Shown here: positions 55,128 through 64,000 of the stretch, one piece after another
Layout of the letters: each line of letters opens with the position of its first letter
How positions within the stretch are numbered: the first letter of the stretch is position 1
Translations under genes and position numbers: made by a program
Notes under the pieces: model-generated
Told to the model about the DNA's origin: nothing
Seen by the model: only the letters and a program-made list of their open reading frames with translations
The model's database searches: none
Source of the DNA: Eledone cirrhosa
Taxonomy: Eukaryota
Length of the DNA: 64,000 bases
NCBI GenBank assembly: GCA_964016885.1
Contig: OZ024740.1
Span: 24,552,001-24,616,000 of the forward strand
Reading direction: 5' to 3'

Positions 55128-55330
55128 TGAATAATAATAATGAAATTATTGTGTACAGTGCTCAGGTGCACTACAGCTCATCATGTATAGAATAATATAC
55201 AAATGTCAAGTGAATAATGTATGAGTCATGATATCCACGTGTACGTGTGTATGGAGGGGGAATATTAGGTGTAGTGTTGGCGAATCTCAGAGGGCATGGA
55301 GATTTTAAAGGATGCAGTTTCTTGACAGCT
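55128..55330 (-). mobile_element. L2/CR1-like LINE 3' end fragment
   Basis: ..ASFK....RQHYT* followed by GTAGTGCACCTGAGCAC..AATAAT tail. Confidence 0.55.
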
Positions 55331-55356
55331 AATATATGTGTGTGTGTGTATGTCTG

Positions 55357-55394
<38 letters not shown>

Positions 55395-55519
55395 TATAAC
55401 GAAGGAAGTGTGGTAAAGAACCAGATGGACCATATATATTTCAAGTAGCTCTCCAGAAAATGTGTCTGTTTCAATAGCTACAATAGTTTTAGATAAAGTA
55501 GAAAATCAAACTTTCTAGT

Positions 55520-55945
55520 TGTTGTCTTCGTGTTTCTTCTACAATAACTACAACGGTACGCGATGGGGCCCACCACAGCCACGGTGGACAGAATGGAGAA
55601 GGCGTTTCCACGGAGGACGGCAAGGGAGACGCGCTGGAAAAGCCACTCAACTCACACCTGCGGCTGGCCAGCTCAGCACCTATGATGGTGAGTAGGGAGG
55701 TAGCCCTGGGGGCCGAGGACGCCAGAAGTCTCCACTGCCAGGGTTATGACCGCAAACCTGTCGGAGAGCGACCGGTATATGAGGAGTTTGGCCCCCTCAG
55801 CCCTACATGCAGCAGAACCTGCGTTAGTCGCAGACTGCACCAGGTTGCGGCTGCAGAAAGGGTGGGAGCGAGTGGCATCCCTGACGAGGGGTTTGCCACC
55901 ATGGAACGGGAAGATGGTCATGCCATCTGGCCTTATAAAATAACA
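55520..55945 (-). mobile_element. CRE-clade non-LTR retrotransposon 3' fragment (restriction-like endonuclease)
   Basis: RPDGMT.FPF..GKPLV.DAT, AE.AK..Y..L, AVETSGVLG and, after a frameshift, WLFQRVSLAVLRGNA. Confidence 0.85.
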
Positions 55946-56249
55946 GGAGGTTGTACTGGTGTAAACCCAAATAAATATATATATATACATGTATATATAT
56001 ATGTATATATATACGTGTGTTGGAGAAGTGTTTTATCCAGTGATTATGTCACAAATATGATATATATCTAATCAATCTACTATGATGTATATCTTACAGC
56101 ACGAGAGATTTCAATGTAGCAAACTCCTGCGTTCGATTTCGGTGTGGGTAAACATTCCTTTTCACGTTTTGATCAACGTATGGGCTTGTGCCTCTTGTGA
56201 ATAATTATTATATATGGCATTAAACGGTATTAATGTCAAATGAAAGGTA

Positions 56250-56500
56250 GTGGTATGACAGGTTTGTTAGAGAGTTCGGCAAAATATATTTTGGTATTTG
56301 ATACGGGTTTTATGTGATCATTTCAAATGTTGCTGCGACCTGTTAGTCTTTCATCATTACGTCCCTGTACTTTCTCAATTCAAATCCGCCGACGTTAGCT
56401 TTGCCTTTCATCCTTACAAGATCGATGAAATAAGGTACCAGTATTGACTTTCCCCTCCCCTAAAATTGTTGGCATTGTGCCTAAATCAGAAACCATGATT
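56250..56500 (+). mobile_element. Degenerate tandem SINE remnants
   Basis: TTCAAATCCGCCGACGTTAGCTTTGCCTTTCATCC and tail. Confidence 0.7.
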
Positions 56501-56734
56501 TTTAGATCGTTAAAATAAAGTACTAGTAAACTACTGTGTTTGTTCTAGTCCACTTTCCCTTCTCAGAAACCTCTATTATTGACGAGTGAACTGGCAAATA
56601 TTTTGCTTTCTCTTCGATTTGTTTGTTTCTAGTTTTACATTAGTAAGTTAACTACTTTTTTCTGTAAAGTATAAAAACTGTTATAGTTTGTTGGTATTTA
56701 GGTATATGAGGATTTCTACGATAAACACATTGCT

Positions 56735-56914
56735 AGCAATTTGGGGAAAGGGGAAAGTCGATTAAATCGACTCGAGTGCGTTACTGGTGCTTTATTTTAT
56801 CAATCCTTTAAGGGTGAAAGACAAAGCTAACCTCGGTAGGATTTGAACTCAGAATGTAAAGGGGCATAACTCTATACTGAAAAGCATGGTGTCTGACGCT
56901 CTACCAATCCACCG
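56735..56914 (-). mobile_element. SINE copy
   Basis: Reverse-complement A/B boxes and body. Confidence 0.85.
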
Positions 56915-58315
56915 TTGTAATTAATATAAAATGTATGGTTGGTAGTATGTGTTTTATTATGGGAATGTGATAGTGCAGAGTATGTGATACTGGCTCGGCG
57001 GTATAATATAGAGAGCTGAATGTGTTTCGTGTGCAGGGCCGAATTTAATGCTGGATAGAATAGAGAAGGCATTTTTCCGGAGGATAACAATTGTTAAAGA
57101 ATATGAACCCTGTTAGTTGTAGGTGATGTGTGGGATGTATAGGGTATCGGGTGCCGATTATATGAAATTGTATATTGTGTTAGGCTAATGAGCAATAAAA
57201 GTGTATTGGAGGGATTATGTCAATTATGTTACATATGGTTGGGTGATAGTTTTAAGGAGAATATGCTGAATAAGTTGTGCTATTGTATTACAATGTCATT
57301 TTGTAGGCAATCTACTGTACCTATGTAGCTCCTAAATTTTCTTGTCATTTTTTTTTTTATTTTTCAGCCACATTTCAACGCTGGTCAAGTTGAAATATAA
57401 TGAAAATGATATTCATTCTCTGCCCCTCCTGTCTCCTTGATAAATTAACAATACCCCGTCCCATGATTCCTACCATTTCTAAAGACAATAAGACACAAAT
57501 TGAAAAACTTTTTAGCAGATACTTTTAAGTATGTCGAGCGATCAACAGAGCGTGGCGTTTTAGTTGTATGTTAGGGTTTTCCTGTATAGAGGTTGTTGTT
57601 GTTGTTGTTGTTGTTGTTGTTAGCAATTTGGAGACACGGGAGGGAAAATTACTCAAAAATTCCGTGCGAAACTGCCGGTAAATAATTCGTATTTTATATA
57701 CATTTCTACTCTAGTCTATTCCGCTCGCTAGCTTTATACTATCTTGACAAACAATATATTATTTGCCGGGAAAATAGCCATATGCAAATAAACTAAGGAA
57801 CACAGACAATTAATTATTGTGTTTACATCAACAATCACTTCGGAAATATATTCGAAATTTTTCTAGAATATTCATGAATTTTATCCCAAGTGGATATAGG
57901 AAATTATTTAGATTTATTTGCTTACATTTATGATTTTTTTTATCGACATTTTTCTTTTTCTCCCCTTATTTTGTCCCACCTGAATAATGTATATAAATAA
58001 ACGGGGAAAGTGTTGTACGGTTAAATATCTACTACCGCCATTTTTATTTTGTATGTGGCATTTAATTTGGTAAATATGTAGGTATTTGTAGTTGTACGTG
58101 AAAGTCTATGTGTGTTTATATGTCTTCCGTTCTGTCTCTATATGCATACACACCCGCACGCACACGCACACACACACACACACACACACATACACACACA
58201 CACACACGCATATATATATACATATATGCATATATCTACATACACACAAACACACACACATATGTATATACATATATAGATAAATATATATATATATATA
58301 CATACATAAATAGAG

Positions 58316-58356
<41 letters not shown>

Positions 58357-58373
58357 CATACATACATAGACAG

Positions 58374-58410
<37 letters not shown>

Positions 58411-58425
58411 CATACATACATAGAG

Positions 58426-58460
<35 letters not shown>

Positions 58461-58498
58461 CATATAAACCTAAACTTATAAGCACACACGCATATAAT

Positions 58499-58565
<67 letters not shown>

Positions 58566-58688
58566 TTACCTATTTATGGGGTGGGCGGGAAATTAAACGG
58601 TAAAATATCAGGAAGAGGAAAAAATATGAAAGTAGAAAACATTGATTGAAAAACGTTATTGTAAGAAAACAGAGGGTTAGGTAGATAA

Positions 58689-58750
<62 letters not shown>

Positions 58751-58844
58751 TGTGAGATAAAGCTTACGTATATACAGGTGGATTGATAGGTGAATATATA
58801 TATACACATAGAGAGGATGGATGGAAGGATGGATTGAAAGAACT

Positions 58845-59237
58845 ATAGATAGATAGAAAGATAAATAGATATATATATAGATAGATAGATAGATATATAG
58901 ATAGATAGAAAGATAAATAGATATATAGATAGATAGATAGATAGATATATAGATAGATAGAAAGATAAATAGATATATAGATATATATATATATATATAG
59001 ATAGATAGAAAGATAAATAGATATATATATAGATAGATAGATAGATATATAGATAGATAGAAAGATAAATAGATATATAGATAGATAGATAGATAGATAT
59101 ATAGATAGATAGAAAGATAAATAGATATATAGATAGATAGATATATATATAGATAGATAGAAAGATAAATAGATTTATATATAGATAGATAGAAAGATAA
59201 ATAGATTTATAGATAGATAGATAGATAAATAGATATA
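58845..59237. repeat. (GATA)n compound microsatellite abutting the LINE 3' end
   Basis: Direct reading. Confidence 0.95.
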
Positions 59238-59453
59238 TTTCTTTATTTACCATAAACGCATAAAAAGAAGGGACAAATACAAAGGGGGAGTTTACATAAA
59301 ATCGAGTAAAAAGGGTATAAAATGAAAATAATCGAAAACAACCTCAAAAGGGAGGGGACGTGATGGGGGTTGAACCCCCCCCCGAAAAAGTGTGCAATCC
59401 TTTGCCCGGGGAGCACATGGAGAAGGTGCTCCCCCTCTCCTTCACTTCTTTAC

Positions 59454-62400
59454 CTACAGGATGGTATACAGAGAAGGCCCATTTACACGAGCCATTCTCG
59501 CCACTATCACCCACCTTTCATAAAACTGCCTGTGGCCAAGCACCTCTCTCTCCATTCTTATCCTTCTTCCGAAGTGATATCGGAAGAAGTAGACCAGACT
59601 ATGGCCAGAGAGGAAGTTGCCTGACCTCAGACCTTTCAATCGTGTCCACCAAACAACCTCTTTCAACATGGCTATTACGCACAGAAAAACCGCCTTTGCT
59701 TCCTTTGTGAAGAGGGGAGGTGGCTTGATTGTCATCACGGACTCGGCGGTCAATCGAATCGGCGCCACCCGCGACAGCAGTCGTTCGGCGTAGCCCCACA
59801 GATCAGCCACGCCCGGACATTGCACCAATGCGTGCGCAACGGTTTCCTCGTGACGCACGCATCTAGGGCAAATCTTTTTCGAGGGATCCCTTCCCGGGCG
59901 CCCGTGTCTGTAGAGCCTCTCTCGAACAGATAGAGCCCCCCGGTAGCACTGCCAGGCTAGTGACTTCTGGAAGTTGTCCATTGGTCCCGGGCCGAAAGTC
60001 CTATCGAACAGGCTGGCCAGTTCGTCCTCTTCCATGTCCAGCGACTCTCCAAGGGTGTCATCGCCCCTGCTAGCCACCAGCCCTCTATAGAATGATGAGG
60101 TGGATTCTCCACCGATAGCCTGGCCCGCTTGCCAGAGAGCCCTGAGCGCCTGAGCACACTCAGTGTGCCAGTCTCCCAGTTTTCCGGATCTTTGGTTGAC
60201 CCAGGACTGCAGCTCGGTGAGCAAGATGAGTCTCGGAAAGGCTCGTTTCACGAACGGAGCCCACACCGGTTGACCAGTGAGGAATACCTGTAGGTGCCGT
60301 AGCCTTAATGCGTGCCTACGCATCATCAACCACGGCATCCCCAGCCCTCCTTTCGAAGGTTGTTGGCAGCAGATGGATCTTCTCACCATAGGAGGGCGCT
60401 TCTTCCAAAGAAATTGGAAGAGCATGCGTTCCATGGTGGTGAGTGTTTCCTTAGAGCAAGGCACGACAGTCAGGCGGTAGTAAGTGACGGACGCTATGTA
60501 AATGTTCGCCACCTCCGCCCGACCTTTTAGGGACAGCTTACACTTGACCCATTTCTGGGTTAGTGCAAACACCTTGTTCGTAACCTCGTCCCAGTTCTTT
60601 TCCACCTGGAGGTCCGGTCCAAACCAGACCCCAAGAAACTTCACCGGGCCCTCCGTCCAGTGTCCGACGACACCGTCGGGAGGCGTCGGTCTTCCTCTCC
60701 ACGTTCCGAGTTGCAGCCCGATGGATTTTTCCCGGTTCAGTTTCGCCCCTGACAACATTTCGTAATCCTCCAGTAAGGTACCGATCGCCTCGATCTCCGA
60801 GTCGGTCGATACCATTACTGTTACGTCATCGGCGTAGGCCGACACCGCTTTGCTCAATCCTGGTTCCAGGGGGATACCCTGCAACAACTCCAACTTCCTC
60901 AGTAAAGGCTCGAGAGTCAATACGTACAGAAGGGAGGAGAGAGGGCACCCCTGTCGAATGGATCGTGTGATTTCGAACGGCTTCGAAAGGTAGCCGTTCA
61001 CCTTGATCCTTGAACAGATGTGGTTGCTATCCAGCCTCTGAAAACAGGACCGAACCCAGCCGCCGCTAGCACCGCATCCAGGTAACCATGGTCGACCCTA
61101 TCGAAGGCCTTCGACTGATCCAAGTTGATCAGGGCCCCACCGAAGCCGGGTTTGTTGCCAATCCTCTCTATGATGTATCGCATGAGGTGGAGGTTATCGT
61201 GAATGGACCTGGATGGGATAGCACATGTCTGCGCATCTCCCACCAGGCCACCCACGACAAGCGCCAACCTCTTTCCTAACACCTTGGCCAAAATCTTTAA
61301 CTCTGTGTTTAGCAGGGTTATGGGCCGAAAATTATTTATACTATCCCCCTTATTCTCGTCCTTCCTCACCAGCGAGACTACGCCCTTGGCTACAGAACAA
61401 AGAATTCTCCCGTTCTGCTGCCAATTGCAGTAGACCGCTTCGAGGAGTTCGGAGAAGAAGACCGGCATTGCTAAATAAAGTTCGTAAGGTATACCATCGA
61501 GACCCGGAGATTTGCGTCTGCTGCATTGGCTCAGCGCATCCCCGATCTCATCAGCCGAGATTGGTCCCTCGCAGGACTCTGCCTCTTCGCTCGAGAGACG
61601 CGGCAGGCCGTCGAGGTCTGGACCGAAATCCACGTCCCCGCCCGGACCCTCGCCTCCCCCGAATAATCGGGCAAAGTGCCTTTGAAAGGCCTCGCACATC
61701 TGCTTAGGCTCCCGGATCACCCGTCCATCCTTGTCTTGCAAAGACCGGATGGTGGATCGATTTCCACTCTTAGCTTCTGTCACGCGAGCCCAGCCAACGG
61801 CTTTGGCCCCCTCATTACCTAGAGCACGTATTTTTCTTCGAATGACGCAGCCTTCGTGCTTTGCATCGAAAAACTGGTTCAAGGCCGTCCTCGATGCCAG
61901 CACTCTGGCCACATCTTCGCTCTTGATTGCCTCTTCTAATTTACCTGTTAATTCTTTCTCGTTTCTATTCCTATCGGCAGCTAACATCTTGCTATAACTT
62001 ATTGATTCTGTTCTAATCTCTCTTTTGAGAGATGCCCACCATCGGTTGTTGAGGATTGCACCCGTCAACCTCTCCTTAACTAATCTGCTAATCCGGTTTC
62101 TGTAAGTCTCTTTTGCCGGTGAAGACAAATTAAGTTTCCAGTAACCGGGACCCTGTTTATGTGTTTTCTCGAGATTGACTACGCAGGTCACTAATTTGTG
62201 ATCCGTATAGCCAACCGTGAGCATTTCTGAACAGCTTAATATATCCCTATCCTTACTTCTAACTAAGAATCTATCTAAGTACGATCTAGATTGACCACTA
62301 TGGTTCGTCCAAGTCCAGGTTGGCACAGTTGGAAAATCTAGTCGATATCTATCGACCAAGTTAAAACGGTCGAGTAACCACTTGAGGCTGTTATACCCCC

Positions 62401-62878
62401 CTCTATTAGGACATGCTCCTGCATAGTCCCAACGTGCATCTAGGAGGTCATTCCAATCCCCCGCTAGAAGCAGGGAACGCGACGTTCCCAGAAAAGTCTT
62501 CAAACGCTGGAAGAAGTCGGGCCGTTCAGCTCCGAAAGGGGAGTAGACGGCGACCAGTCTCAAGGCCGCACCTTCACTACTGCCAACGTCTAGCACCAAC
62601 AAACGACCCTCCGGGTCCGAGTGAAAAACCTGTACGGCGTGACCCAGGTGTTTTTCCAGCAGTACGACAACCCCACCCCCACCTCCAGGTTGACAGAGAG
62701 ATGCATGCACCTCAAAGTCATCGAAGGTAGGGGCCAGCTGCCGCACGACGCTGATCCGAGTCTCACAGATAACCATTACATTTATACCACGTGACCTGAG
62801 GTCATTTAGAAGCTTTGCTTGCTTCCAAGTTGAGCCCAGGCCACGTGCATTCAAACATCCTACTCTTAACACATCCAT
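59454..62878 (-). pseudogene. Tx1-like ORF2 (APE, RT, zf-RVT) with one frameshift near 61010
   Basis: LNARGL, GDWN, LDRF, TDH, GPGYWKLN, KSPGLDG, RPITLLN, LDQSKAFDRV, then RQGCPLS, YADD, CPRC..ETVAHAL..C. Confidence 0.93.
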
Positions 62879-64000
62879 GTGGGCGGCAAAGCCAAAGGAG
62901 AGTGTAGAGACCTACCTTTCTGCTTCCCGGGGTTCGGGTCGCACGACTTCCATGGGGTCGGGGGTGTTGGGTGAAGGGGTGTCTTGTGGTGGTGTGGGGT
63001 CGTCAGTGTGTGGTGGGGTTGGGGTGTTTGGAGTTGTGTTTGGGGGGGGCTTTTTAGTAGGACGCGGTTCATGGGTTTGACAGAGGGTGGTCCTACGTCC
63101 TCCTTAAAATCCTTTTTTAGTTTTTGGTAGAGGTTCATTGGGATCTTTATTAATTTTAAATGTGGGTATTTTTCTGAAGAAACAAAGTTTACACCTTCGG
63201 TTTGTACCGAAGGATTATTGTTTATGAGATCATTTAATTTATTATTGTTTCTGTTGATGTAAGTATAGTGTAATGTCTTTTTTTCGGATGGTGTGAGTGT
63301 TTCGAAGAGGGGAGGGGCAGGTTTTGTTTTGTTTGTTGCTGGAGGGGTGTTTTGTGTTTTGTTGGATTGTGTTGACATTTGGGTAGGGGTTGTTTGGCCT
63401 TGTGTGTTTTGCACGTTTTCTTTTTTTCCTTTTAATCTGTCTGAAGGACTCCGTTTCTTCCTCCGAATTCGTTGGGTTATCTTCAGTGTTGGAGGGAAGA
63501 GGTATGTTTGCTGGTAATGTTTCCGTGTTGGTTTTCTTTGTGGGGGAGATGGATGTCACTATGTTAGACTGTGTTGTGTGTTGTGGCTGCGGTGGTTGTG
63601 TTGTTTTATTGAGTGAGGGGTTGGGTGGGACTGTGTTTTGTTTTTGGGTAATGTGTTGTGACTGTTTGTGTTGTGCTGGTGGTGTAGTTTTACTGAGGGA
63701 CGGGTTGGGTGGGACTGAGTTTTGTTTGTTTATCTGTTGTGGTGGTGGTGGAGCTGGTGTTGGTAGCAGGGTTTTCTTTTCGTTGAGTTGGGGACAAGCC
63801 GCCTTCAGGTGCCCTCTGCCTGCACAGATATGACAGGACGGCCTTCTCCCCTCCATGCTAATGTTTATATACCCGTGGCCCTCTAATAGGATTCTGTCGG
63901 GTATTCGGGCGATGCGTTGAGGCTTCATTTTCACTACAAGTTCTATACCTGTTCCACTGAACGCATTGCCTATGGTTTTCCCAATGGAAATCACGTTGTC
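62866..64000 (-). pseudogene. Tx1-like ORF1, partial and frameshifted, with zinc knuckle
   Basis: ORFs 63242-63994 and 62866-63414 are each homologous to consecutive ORF1 parts of the 34-35.7 kb copy; overlaps ORF2 by 13 nt. Confidence 0.85.

Larger units (their letters stand above)
59238..64000 (-). mobile_element. Tx1/L1-clade LINE, young copy running off the window end
   Basis: ORF1 with CHICAGRGHLKAAC; ORF2 APE-RT-Cys domain; 3' UTR ending AATAAAG. Confidence 0.95.

Overview
AT-rich, repeat-dominated eukaryotic DNA. The SINE repertoire and microsatellite load point to a coleoid cephalopod (octopus-like); this is an inference. No complete host gene is evident, and most ORFs in the track are microsatellite artefacts. 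Contents: two minisatellite arrays (50 bp and 52 bp units); about 15 tRNA-derived SINEs; a near-intact CR1/L2-group LINE (42.3-46.7 kb, minus); two Tx1/L1-clade LINE copies plus an ORF1 relic; RTE, CRE and L2 fragments; a hAT MITE; and a 5'-truncated Penelope-like element (PLE) with a GIY-YIG C-terminus and a hammerhead. The most striking system is about a dozen short fold-back (palindromic) inserts in (TA)n tracts, from roughly ten sequence families. Several carry minimal type I hammerhead ribozymes, and most share one architecture: one arm stops at a TA microhomology while the other continues into a tail with a TTGAG(T/C)NN motif. Other candidates are a -1 ribosomal frameshift between ORF1 and ORF2 of the CR1-like LINE, a repeat family with a covarying box C/D-type K-turn, and a duplicated small terminal exon that differs only at synonymous sites. 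All of this was read by eye; boundaries are approximate to a few bases.
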